From: Pyrodictium abyssi
GTDB taxonomy: Archaea > Thermoproteota > Thermoprotei_A > Sulfolobales > Pyrodictiaceae
NCBI RefSeq assembly: GCF_036323395.1
Contig: NZ_AP028907.1
Coordinates: 540,001-572,000 of the forward strand
DNA: 32,000 nt
Direction of reading: 5' to 3'
Numbering within the stretch: position 1 is the first letter of the stretch; each line of letters begins with the position of its first letter. Position numbers and translations under genes: made by a program. The notes under the pieces were generated by a model. It worked only from the letters and a program-made list of their open reading frames with translations, was not told the DNA's origin and did no database searches. Positions 24,343-32,000 of the stretch are shown one piece after another.

Positions 24343-25184
24343 CCCGAGCCACCCATGAGGCGCTTTAGGTTGGTCTTAACCCACTCCACGGCACGGCCGC
24401 TGCGGGCAGCCTCGACGTAGCCCCGGATGGCGTCGTAGTCTGCCTGGTAGAGGCCCGGCATAGCCGTGGGCCATGCGCCCCGGGGCGCGTGGACCACAGC
24501 CTCTACGTGGATGCTCGTGGCTGAGAGCTGGTGCATGAAGCCCCGTAGCTCCTCCGTGTCCACTATCCTCTCCGCCGATATTATGACGCGGCGCGCAGCG
24601 CGTATCTTCAGCTCGTCCTCAAACCGGGGGCCCTCTATCACGGCGTTGCCGTAAGGGTCGCTAGCGTGCACGTGTATGAGCGCGTAGTCGGGCTCTATAG
24701 CCCGGACTGCTACCAGCTCCTCGCCGGTCCAGGGGTCCCTTATCCGCCTCCATGTGCCCCAGCGCTCCTCGTGGAGCCTCAGGAGGTCGCTGCCGAGCAG
24801 CCCGCGGGCAGGCATGAACGGGACCCCCTGGGCCCCGGCGCGTAGACCAGCTATGACCGCGCCGCAGACGTCCTCGATGTACTCTATCTCCCCGCTCTCG
24901 GCTAGCCGGCGCACCGTAGGCGCGAGCCCGTAGAGCTCAAAGCTAGCCATAGCGGCTCTTACGCAGCGCAGGAGACCAGCCGCGGCCATCACGTCCAGCG
25001 CGAAGCCGGGCTCGCGGTCTACGACGCATAGGTCCCGGACGCCGCGCCTAACGAGCCCCGCTACGAGCGCCACCGGGTTACGGATGAAGGTCATCCCGCT
25101 GATCGTCACAGTGGAGCCGGGCTCTACGAGCTCAGCGGCGTAGTCGAGGTCCACCAGCCTGGGGCTGGGCACCCGCCGTGTCAC
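24339..25184 (-). CDS. CoA-transferase family I, subunit A
   Basis: LDYAAELVEPGSTVTISGMTFIRNPVALVAGLVRRGVRDLCVV... IEYIEDVCGAVIAGLRAGAQGVPFMPARGLLGSDLL is typical of subunit A. The GTG start overlaps the acs stop (GTGA). Confidence 0.85.
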   Translation of the reverse strand: MTRRVPSPRLVDLDYAAELVEPGSTVTISGMTFIRNPVALVAGLVRRGVRDLCVVDREPGFALDVMAAAGLLRCVRAAMASFELYGLAPTVRRLAESGEIEYIEDVCGAVIAGLRAGAQGVPFMPARGLLGSDLLRLHEERWGTWRRIRDPWTGEELVAVRAIEPDYALIHVHASDPYGNAVIEGPRFEDELKIRAARRVIISAERIVDTEELRGFMHQLSATSIHVEAVVHAPRGAWPTAMPGLYQADYDAIRGYVEAARSGRAVEWVKTNLKRLMGGSG

Positions 25185-27139
25185 CCCGCTACAGCCCGGT
25201 CCATTGCGGCGCGGAACTCCTCGACAGCACGGCGCACCTCCTCGACGCCTGCCTCGTCCTCGAGGGTGCTGAGGTCGCCGAGCGGCGCCCCGGTGAGCAC
25301 AGCGCGGAGTACACGGCGCAGTATCTTCCCAGTCCGGGTCTTCGGCAGCTTGTCCACCACGTAGACCCCCTTCAGCACCGCTATGGGGCCGTACTTCTTC
25401 CTCACCAGTCCTCTGACCTCCTCTGCTAGACGGGCCCGGTCCACCTGGACGTCCATCCTCGGCACCACGAAGACGGCGAGCACTGTCCCCCGGAGCTCGT
25501 CGGGCACACCAACCACGGCCGCCTCTGCTACGCTGGGGTGCTCTAGCACCGTGTTCTCTATCTCCGCTGGGCCGAGGCGGTGGCCAGCAACCTTCACCAC
25601 GTCGTCGGCCCTGCCGAGTATGTAGACGTAGCCGTCCTCGTCAACGTAGCCGTAGTCGCCGGTGTAGTAGTAGCCGGGGAACAGGCTCCAGTACGTCTTG
25701 ATGTACCGCTCCCGGTCGCCCCACACGCCGTAGGCGAAGGCGGGCGGCACCGGGGCCTTCACGACTATGTGCCCCTTCTCGCCCGGCGCGGCCTCGGAGC
25801 CGTCGTCGCGGAGCACGCGGAGGTCTATGCCCGGGTAGGGGAGCCCTACGCTCCCCCGCCGGTAGGCTATGCCGCCGACTAGGCCGTAGCCCCCGGGCGC
25901 GGTGATGAAGCCGCTGTTCTCGGTCTGGCCCCACGTCTCGACGACGTGGCAGCCTGGCCGGCGGCGGCAGACGTTCTCCACCAGCCAGCGCCACGGCTCC
26001 AGCCCTAGTATCTCCCCGGCGCTCACGATGAGCCTGAGGGTCTCCAGGCTGTAGCGGCGGGGCACCTCGTCGCCGTAGCGTATTAGCAGCCTTACGGCTG
26101 TCGGCGCGACCCACATCATGTCCACGCTGTAGGAGTCGACTATGTCCCACCAAACCCAGGGGCCCGGGTAGTCGGGCGCATCGCTGTACCAGACCACCGT
26201 GGAGCCGTTGAGCAGCGGCCCGTACGTGGCATAGGTGTGGCCGTTAATCCACCCTATGTCGACGGGTACGAAGAACACGTCGTTGTCCAGGAAGCCGAAG
26301 AGCCACCGGGTGTGCGCATACGCCCAGACCATGTACTGGCCGTGCAGGTGCACCATGCCCTTGGGCTTGCCTGTGGTGCCGCTCGTGTAGAGTATGAAGA
26401 GGGGCTCCTCAGACCGGACCATAACATGGTCAAGCCTTACGCGGCGCGGCAGCTTCTCGAGCTCCTCGTGGGCCCAGACGTCACGGCCAGGCTTCATCTC
26501 CACCTCGTTGCCCGCCACCCGGTGCACGACCACCTTCTCGACCCCACCGGCCTCCGCGGCAGCCTCGTCGACCACGGGCTTCAGTGGTATGACCTTGCCG
26601 CGCCTCGTCATGCCGTCCGCCGTCACCACTACCCTGGCCCCGGAGTCGCGGATCCTCTGGGCGAGCGCCGCGCTCCCAAACCCGCTGAACACGACCACGT
26701 GCACGGCTCCGAGCCTGGCTACAGCCAGCATAGTGTACATGGCCTCGGGGACAATAGGCATGTAGACTACTACCCTGTCGCCGCGCTTCACGCCGAGGCT
26801 CCGGAGCATCGCGGCGTAGCGGTTGACCTCGCGGAGGAGGTCACTGTAGCGGATTACGCGCTCTTCGCCCTCGCCTCCCCTCCACACGAGGGCGGCCTTG
26901 TTGCCGAGGCCCCTCTCGATGTTCCTCTCCAGTATGTTGTAGGTTATGTTGGTGACGCCGCCTACGAACCAGCGGTAGAACGGCGGGTCCGAGTCGTCTA
27001 GGGTAGTGTCCCAGCGCCGAGCCCAGTAGAGCTCGCGGGCTACTTTCTCCCAGAAGCCCTGGGGGTCGCGGAGGCTTTCCTCGACTATCCTCTTCTGCTG
27101 CTCTATGAGCTCTGCCTCGGGGAGGGCTACGGCCTCCAC
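25181..27139 (-). CDS. acs: AMP-forming acetyl-CoA/short-chain acyl-CoA synthetase
   Basis: 652 aa with an ACS-type N-terminus (FWEKVARELYW...WFVGGVTNITYNILERN). Motifs: YTSGTTGKPKG, WGQTE, YYTGDYGYVDEDGYVYILGRADDVVKVAGHRLGPAEIE, PKTRTGKILRRVLR. Substrate (acetate, propionate or 3-hydroxypropionate) cannot be told from sequence by eye. Confidence 0.9.
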   Translation of the reverse strand: MEAVALPEAELIEQQKRIVEESLRDPQGFWEKVARELYWARRWDTTLDDSDPPFYRWFVGGVTNITYNILERNIERGLGNKAALVWRGGEGEERVIRYSDLLREVNRYAAMLRSLGVKRGDRVVVYMPIVPEAMYTMLAVARLGAVHVVVFSGFGSAALAQRIRDSGARVVVTADGMTRRGKVIPLKPVVDEAAAEAGGVEKVVVHRVAGNEVEMKPGRDVWAHEELEKLPRRVRLDHVMVRSEEPLFILYTSGTTGKPKGMVHLHGQYMVWAYAHTRWLFGFLDNDVFFVPVDIGWINGHTYATYGPLLNGSTVVWYSDAPDYPGPWVWWDIVDSYSVDMMWVAPTAVRLLIRYGDEVPRRYSLETLRLIVSAGEILGLEPWRWLVENVCRRRPGCHVVETWGQTENSGFITAPGGYGLVGGIAYRRGSVGLPYPGIDLRVLRDDGSEAAPGEKGHIVVKAPVPPAFAYGVWGDRERYIKTYWSLFPGYYYTGDYGYVDEDGYVYILGRADDVVKVAGHRLGPAEIENTVLEHPSVAEAAVVGVPDELRGTVLAVFVVPRMDVQVDRARLAEEVRGLVRKKYGPIAVLKGVYVVDKLPKTRTGKILRRVLRAVLTGAPLGDLSTLEDEAGVEEVRRAVEEFRAAMDRAVAG

Positions 27140-27373
27140 AGCATCTCACCATAGGGGCGTAGCCCCAGGGGTGGATAGTCCCCGGGGCTGCGCGGATACC
27201 GGGGTATGTAATTCCACGGCATTATACATAAAAAGACTATTGTACCTTATCTATCATAAACTAGTGTTAGGTAGTGTAAGACTGTGGACTACCTATGGGA
27301 GCACTGGCTCGGGCTATATGGAAAGGCGTTTTACCCGGCATGCAGCATCTCTTAGCACCGGTCTAGTGCCGCC

Positions 27374-28132
27374 TTGCCGCTGCTCGTGGTGGACGGGCTA
27401 GTCAAGGTCTATCCTGGGGGCGTCAAGGCTCTCCGGGGGATAAGCTTCAGCGTCGAGGAGGGCGAGGTCTTCGGCCTGGTCGGGCCGAACGGGGCCGGCA
27501 AGACAACCACCTTCCGGATAATCGCTACTCTGCTTAAGCCGACAAGCGGCCGCGTCACCGTGGACGGTGTTGACGTGGCACAGGAGCCCTACGAGGCCCG
27601 GAAGAAGCTGGTCTACGTGCCGGAGGATGTGGGCGGCTACCGGCGGCTCACCGGGCTCGAGTACCTCTCCTTCGTCATAGAGGTCTTCATGTCGGCGCGC
27701 GGCGCAACGCGGAGCGAGGTCCGCGAGGCGCTAGAGGAGGCTGTGAGGCTCACCGGGCTCAGCGAGGAGAAGCTCCGGAGGACAAGGATGCAGGACTACA
27801 GTAAGGGCATGAAGCGCCGCGTCCAGGTCGCATGGGCGCTTGCCGTGAAGCCGCGGCTCGCAATCCTCGACGAGCCCACGTCGGGCCTCGACGTGGAGGC
27901 TAGCTATGAGCTACGGCGCGTCATAGCCGAGTACGCCCGGAGGCATCGGGTGACGGTGGTACTCAGTAGCCACAACATGCTGGAGGTGGAGTACCTCTGC
28001 GACCGTGTAGCCCTCATGAAGGACGGCAGGATAATAGACATAGGGTTCCCCGGGGAGCTCGTCGAGAAGTACAACGCCCGCAACCTCGAGGAGGCCTATA
28101 TGAGGGCTGTAGCGGGGGCTGGTAGCAGGTGA
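27374..28132 (+). CDS. ABC transporter ATP-binding protein (ABC-2/exporter type)
   Basis: Walker A GPNGAGKTT, Q-loop, signature-like YSKGMKRRVQVAWAL, Walker B AILDEPTSGLD and an H-loop SSHNM. The start (TTG 27374 or GTG 27386) is uncertain. Confidence 0.9.
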   Translation: MPLLVVDGLVKVYPGGVKALRGISFSVEEGEVFGLVGPNGAGKTTTFRIIATLLKPTSGRVTVDGVDVAQEPYEARKKLVYVPEDVGGYRRLTGLEYLSFVIEVFMSARGATRSEVREALEEAVRLTGLSEEKLRRTRMQDYSKGMKRRVQVAWALAVKPRLAILDEPTSGLDVEASYELRRVIAEYARRHRVTVVLSSHNMLEVEYLCDRVALMKDGRIIDIGFPGELVEKYNARNLEEAYMRAVAGAGSR

Positions 28133-29316
28133 GGAGGCTTCTCGCGAAGGAGCTTAAGACGCTGCTCCGCGAGCCCATGGTAGTAGTAATGATAGTCATG
28201 CCGTTCATAATCTACTCGTTCATGGCTCCGTTCTACAGCGCTGCTACCGAGCAGGCCGAGGAGGCCGCCAAGCTACGGGGCGTAAGGATAGCCCTCGCCA
28301 GCTGCCAGGAGACCGGCCCCGGACCGGTGCTAGGAGTACTGGCAGCCTCGCTCCGGGCGGCCAACGTGACGGTGAACGTGCTGGAGACGTGTAAGCCCGT
28401 GGAGGCCCTGAAGACGGGTGGCTACGACGCCGTGATAGTGGTAAACTCTACCGGTGGCCGGTTCTCCTTTGAAGTCTACGTCCGAGGCGACCCTACGCGC
28501 CTAACCCGCACACTAGCACTGCCGGGCTCGCTGGGCGCCCAGCTAGGCCGCGCTCTATCCCCTGGCGCTGGGAACGTGACTAGCCGGGCCTACGTGCTGC
28601 TAGGCGACCGGCTCTGGAGCTTCGAGGAGCTTAGCAGCGTCTACGGCGTGGGCGTTGCGCTGGGCTATGCTACGTTCTTCATACTGTTCCCGGCCGCCTC
28701 GCTGGGCGCCGCCCTGATGGGCGCGGAGAGGGAGGAGCACATGCTCGACGTGCTCTTCTCGCTACCGGTCCGGAGGCGGAGCATAGCCCTATCCAAGGCC
28801 GCCGCGGCGCTGGTGGCATCGCTGCTCACGGCTGCCTCTGCGCTCGCCGGGCTCTACCGGCTCTTCGGCTCAATCGGCGTAGATATGGGGATATCCAGGT
28901 ACTACTCGCCAGCGGATCTCACGGTCTACGTGGCGGCCCTTGCCTCTGAGGCACTGTTCGCCGTCATACTGGCCATGCTGGTCGGCTTATTCGCCTCAAC
29001 GATGAGGGGAGCGCAGTCTGCCGCGACGATAGTAGTGCTCCCCGCGATAATACCGCCCATGATGACGATGACCGGCATCCCAGTCTCCAGGCTCTTCACC
29101 CTCGTGCCCTACACGGCCGCGCTGTACGCCGGCCTAGCACCCCTAGCAGGCCTAGAGCGCGCAGCCATGGCCACCGTGGCGCAGCTAGCCGAGACAGCGC
29201 TAGCGCTACTACTGCTTGTCAAGCTGCTAGAGTCCGAGGCAGCCGTAACAGGGCCCGAGACACTCCGGAGGCTCCGCACAAGCCTAGCACACAAGCTACG
29301 GGGCAGACGCCGCTAG
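28129..29316 (+). CDS. ABC-2 type transporter permease
   Basis: 395 aa with an N-terminal TM, a large extracytoplasmic loop and then about 5 C-terminal TM segments. This is the typical ABC-2 permease layout. The GTG start overlaps the ATPase stop (GTGA). Confidence 0.75.
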   Translation: MRRLLAKELKTLLREPMVVVMIVMPFIIYSFMAPFYSAATEQAEEAAKLRGVRIALASCQETGPGPVLGVLAASLRAANVTVNVLETCKPVEALKTGGYDAVIVVNSTGGRFSFEVYVRGDPTRLTRTLALPGSLGAQLGRALSPGAGNVTSRAYVLLGDRLWSFEELSSVYGVGVALGYATFFILFPAASLGAALMGAEREEHMLDVLFSLPVRRRSIALSKAAAALVASLLTAASALAGLYRLFGSIGVDMGISRYYSPADLTVYVAALASEALFAVILAMLVGLFASTMRGAQSAATIVVLPAIIPPMMTMTGIPVSRLFTLVPYTAALYAGLAPLAGLERAAMATVAQLAETALALLLLVKLLESEAAVTGPETLRRLRTSLAHKLRGRRR

Positions 29317-29412
29317 TGACTGCGTGGCGTCTGGGCGCCCGCGGGCCTGGCAAAGCACATCTAGCAGCACTCAAGGCCCCCTTTTACCACATACTAGGGT
29401 GCTGCTGCAGCT

Positions 29413-30003
29413 TTGAGCGCAGCTAAGGCGTTGGAAAAACCGCTACCCCGGCCCCGGCGGGGCCTGGTGGGCTATGCCGCTGCTCGTGCTCTGGAGGCTC
29501 TGCTTGAGGCTTTGCTGGCGCTGAGGTTCCTCGGGGAGGGCTTTACGAGGAGTGCTGCGGGTAAGGCGCTCCAGGCGTGGCGGGCGCTAACCGGGGCGCT
29601 GCCGGCCCTCGAGCGGGACAGGGTAGCCGAGAAACTGGAGAACGAGGAGCAGAGGAGATGGCTACTGGAGAAGGCGATACCCCGGGCCCCGACTGGTAGG
29701 CTCAAAGCGCTTAGCCAGCTGCTAGATGAGGTAGGGTACCGGGACTACACACACTATACCAGCACGGCGCTAAGCCTCCACGACTACCAGCTCCACGGCC
29801 CGGACCCCTCCGGGGAGCTGAGCAAGTACCCCGGCGAGGAGGAGGCTAGAAAGGACATAGTGTACCTCGTGCAGACTGTAGCCAGGGTAATAGGGTCTAA
29901 GGCCAGGCAGAGCCTAACAGAGAAGGGGGCCTGGGCGCCAGAGCACGAGGAGGCTCTACAACGGCTAGCCAGGGAGATAGAGAGCCTCGGCGACGGAGCA
30001 TAA
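29413..30003 (+). CDS. PaREP1-family protein (paralog of 11536..12111)
   Basis: 196 aa. LVGYAAARALEALLEALLALRFLGEGFTRSAAGKALQAWRALTGALPALERD...LSLHDYQLHGPDP...HEEALQRL is collinear with the other copy over its full length (roughly 55-60% identical by eye). Confidence 0.8.
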   Translation: MSAAKALEKPLPRPRRGLVGYAAARALEALLEALLALRFLGEGFTRSAAGKALQAWRALTGALPALERDRVAEKLENEEQRRWLLEKAIPRAPTGRLKALSQLLDEVGYRDYTHYTSTALSLHDYQLHGPDPSGELSKYPGEEEARKDIVYLVQTVARVIGSKARQSLTEKGAWAPEHEEALQRLAREIESLGDGA

Positions 30004-30076
30004 GGCGGATAGGCGTGGGCTACAAGGGCGCCCAGGGGAGTCCATAGCAAGGAGCCGATCGGAGGCGTCTCCCCCC

Positions 30077-30877
30077 TTGGCGCGTATCGAGCGCGTAGCC
30101 TCAGTCACCGTAGCAGTGGTGCAGCACGGCCCGGTACCGCTCTCCACGCTGCCCATGCTCCTCGGCAAGCTAGAGGAGGTCTACACCCGCGCCAGGGAGG
30201 AAGAGCGGCCCGACTACGTGGAGCTCCACCTCTACCAGAGCCCCCTCCAGCTCGCCGAGGCGCTGGAGGGCGAGGCGCTGCGGGTCGGCGCGGGGGTGTC
30301 TGCGCTCTATCCTACCGCCTACGAGGCGTGGACGGGTATACCCAGGATACACGTGGTGCCGGGCGAGCTAGCCGGGCTCGAGTACGGGGCCGCGCTCCTA
30401 GCCCACGAGGCTGTGCATAGCGTGCTCCACCCCGGGCCCGGCTACTACGTGGTGGCTTTGCCCCGCCGCCTACCCGCGGCCCAGGGCCTCCTCGTAGCCC
30501 ACGTCGCCGCGACTGTGGTGAAGGACCTGGAGGTACACCTCTGGATGGCCGAGCGGCGGCTAGACGAGGACCTGGAGGCCATCCGGCACTACTGGCTCTA
30601 CAGCCAGCTCGTGGAGCCCCGCTGCGCCCTCCTCCAGGAGGCCGGGGACACGCTACGCGCAGCGACGGCCTGGATAGCGGCTGGCGCTGAGCCCCCGCTG
30701 AGCGGGGAGTGCCGCGAGGCCCTAGCCGAGCCCCTGGAGCTGCTACGCGGGCTGGCAGAAGGGTGGCGCGCCAGGGCCCGGCCATGGAGCCGGGTAGGCG
30801 AGGTAGTGGAATCCCTAGCGAGGCTCGTGGAGAGCGGCATCGTCCATACGCCGCAGGACTACACCGGGGAGGCCTGA
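30077..30877 (+). CDS. Hypothetical protein with an HExxH motif (possible zinc metallopeptidase-like)
   Basis: 266-aa ORF (TTG start). AALLAHEAVHSVLHPG has HEAVH encoded at 30404-30418. No signal peptide. The opposite-strand ORF 30312..30887 is Arg/Pro/Gly junk. Confidence 0.5.
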   Translation: MARIERVASVTVAVVQHGPVPLSTLPMLLGKLEEVYTRAREEERPDYVELHLYQSPLQLAEALEGEALRVGAGVSALYPTAYEAWTGIPRIHVVPGELAGLEYGAALLAHEAVHSVLHPGPGYYVVALPRRLPAAQGLLVAHVAATVVKDLEVHLWMAERRLDEDLEAIRHYWLYSQLVEPRCALLQEAGDTLRAATAWIAAGAEPPLSGECREALAEPLELLRGLAEGWRARARPWSRVGEVVESLARLVESGIVHTPQDYTGEA

Positions 30878-31020
30878 AGGCAGCCACAGCGCCCTTGGCT
30901 CCCCCTTATAAGCCTTGCTCACATGCTGTGTACTCTCCCAGTGAGCTAGGGGTATACCCTCCACACGCACTAGAAGAGAAACACGAAACAGCACAGAGAG
31001 AAGGAGAGGTGAGACAAGAC

Positions 31021-31632
31021 ATGACCAAGCCCGGTCTAGCCCTACTAGGCGTAGCCCTCGCAGCCCTCACGGGCGCAGCCATAGCGGGCGCATGGGCCCC
31101 ATGGTGGATAAGCCAGGCAAACGCCACGCCAGTAGCAGCGCCGTTCGAGCCAATGGCGGGAGCAGGATGCCCTGCCTGCCCGATGGCTGCCGGCCAGCAG
31201 TCGATGGCGGCCCCTGCAGCAGGTATGCCAGTAGCCGGCAAGCCCGGGGCAGTAGGCCCAGCAGCTGGCTGGCACGGCCACCACGGCGCAGCCAGGGGCG
31301 CCTGGGCCACAGCAACAGCGACCACAGTGACGGGCACAGTAACCAAGGTCTACCAGCCCCGTATGCTAGTGGTAGACACTGGTAGCGGCACAGCCATGGT
31401 AGTGCTGCCGTGCATGATGATAAGCCCCAGCGGCGGCCTAGTGACCGCCGACACGCTGCTAGCCAAGATACAGCCGGGCACAACCGTGACCATAGAGGGC
31501 TACGCCAAGGTGCAGCCACTCACCGGCTACACGATAGTCCACGCGACAGCGATAACGGTGGACGGCGAGACCTACACCTGGGCCAGCGGCTACATGGCCC
31601 AGCAGATAGCGGCCACAGCAGCTAGCAGCTAA
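31021..31632 (+). CDS. Signal-anchored secreted protein with a Met/His/Cys-rich linker and a C-terminal beta-rich (OB-like) domain
   Basis: ATG 31021 is preceded by a strong SD-like gagaaggagaggtga. MTKPGLALLGVALAALTGAAIAGAWA signal or anchor. Then GCPACPMAAGQQSMAAPAAGMPVAG...GWHGHHG, followed by TVTGTVTKVYQPRMLVVDTGSGTAMVVL...TVTIEGYAKV...ITVDGETYTW. The ORF-track start 30709 overlaps the upstream gene and is rejected. Confidence 0.6.
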   Translation: MTKPGLALLGVALAALTGAAIAGAWAPWWISQANATPVAAPFEPMAGAGCPACPMAAGQQSMAAPAAGMPVAGKPGAVGPAAGWHGHHGAARGAWATATATTVTGTVTKVYQPRMLVVDTGSGTAMVVLPCMMISPSGGLVTADTLLAKIQPGTTVTIEGYAKVQPLTGYTIVHATAITVDGETYTWASGYMAQQIAATAASS

Positions 31633-31673
31633 CCCGAGGATAGGGGGACCAGGGGAAACACTCTACGCCTATG

Positions 31674-31681
31674 CCTTTTTG
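31674..31681 (+). terminator. T-tract (T5), candidate terminator after the last gene
   Basis: gcctttttg lies about 45 nt downstream of the TAA at 31630-31632. Confidence 0.3.
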
Positions 31682-32000
31682 CGTCCATGGAGTCTGTCTG
31701 CGTACCCTCTCCTAGCTCGGCCGGGGCTTGTCTCCTTAGAGGCCCTCTCGGAGAAAATCCTTGCCCAGGGCTTCTAGCCGTCTAGCCGGCTCAACCTCAA
31801 CGGGGCTTACGCTGATTCACCGTAATGGCGCTATGGAGTTCTATCCAGGTTCTAGCCCATCCCTAACGCAACAGCATCTCTTGTTGAAAGATTTTCTTAT
31901 CTATTATATTGTGTCCTTATAAAATGTTATATTACTCTGTAATTCAGTTATTCTGAGATTTTCTTTCAATTAAAGTGCTAGATATAAATAGACTATTGTT

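Noticed and set aside
25383-27152. ORFs overlapping the acs gene (25383..25625 +, 25580..25882 +, 25641..26153 -, 26237..27001 +, 26394..26765 +, 26841..27152 -)
   Set aside because: Same reasoning as above. They are shadow ORFs of a strongly supported 652-aa synthetase gene with no recognisable motifs.
30709-31020. N-terminal extension of ORF 30709..31632
   Set aside because: It overlaps the 3' end of gene 30077..30877 and has Arg/Gly/Pro-rich composition. A strong SD-like sequence and a signal peptide begin at ATG 31021.
31860-32000. Possible CRISPR leader or repeat: ctttcaat (reverse complement ATTGAAAG, the 3' handle of many crenarchaeal repeats) at 31964-31971, and a 10-nt direct repeat agattttctt at 31889-31898 and 31956-31965
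   Set aside because: There is only one ATTGAAAG occurrence, and the 10-nt repeat is too short with no further periodic copies in the window. No array can be supported; sequence beyond 32000 would be needed.
1-32000. tRNA, rRNA, RNase P or SRP RNA genes
   Set aside because: I scanned for T-loop GTTCRAATC-type motifs, the RNase P GAGGAAAGTCC motif and SRP helix-8-like motifs and found none. No intergenic region shows cloverleaf-compatible stems.

Overview
High-GC archaeal chromosomal segment with crenarchaeal (Thermoprotei) hallmarks: AGG/ATA/CTA codon preference, many TAG stops, frequent GTG/TTG starts, 4-nt GTGA start/stop overlaps, two PaREP1-family genes and an archaeal-type pantoate kinase. 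I found no tRNA, rRNA or CRISPR array. Content falls into four parts. (1) A coenzyme-A theme: coaBC and pantoate kinase at 4.6-8.5 kb; an acyl-CoA thioesterase-panE-panB operon at 19.2-22.0 kb; an acs-type acyl-CoA synthetase plus CoA-transferase A/B operon at 23.6-27.1 kb. (2) An accessory stretch at about 8.6-19.1 kb between the CoA genes. It holds two tandem-repeat coiled-coil proteins (one fused to a PD-(D/E)xK nuclease-like domain), a PaREP1 gene, a beta-helix gene, a large secreted glycosidase-like protein, a multiply frameshifted GH12 endoglucanase and two paralogous PIN toxin/antitoxin pairs flanking a small membrane protein. (3) Transport and envelope genes: a CDF transporter, an ABC-2 exporter pair and several signal- or TM-anchored proteins. 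(4) A roughly 1.6 kb low-GC island (about 2.9-4.56 kb) and a frameshifted TnpB-only IS remnant between coaBC and pantoate kinase. Many accessory genes are broken by single-nucleotide indels or in-frame stops, while all housekeeping genes are intact. Functions come from motif recognition by eye, not from database searches.
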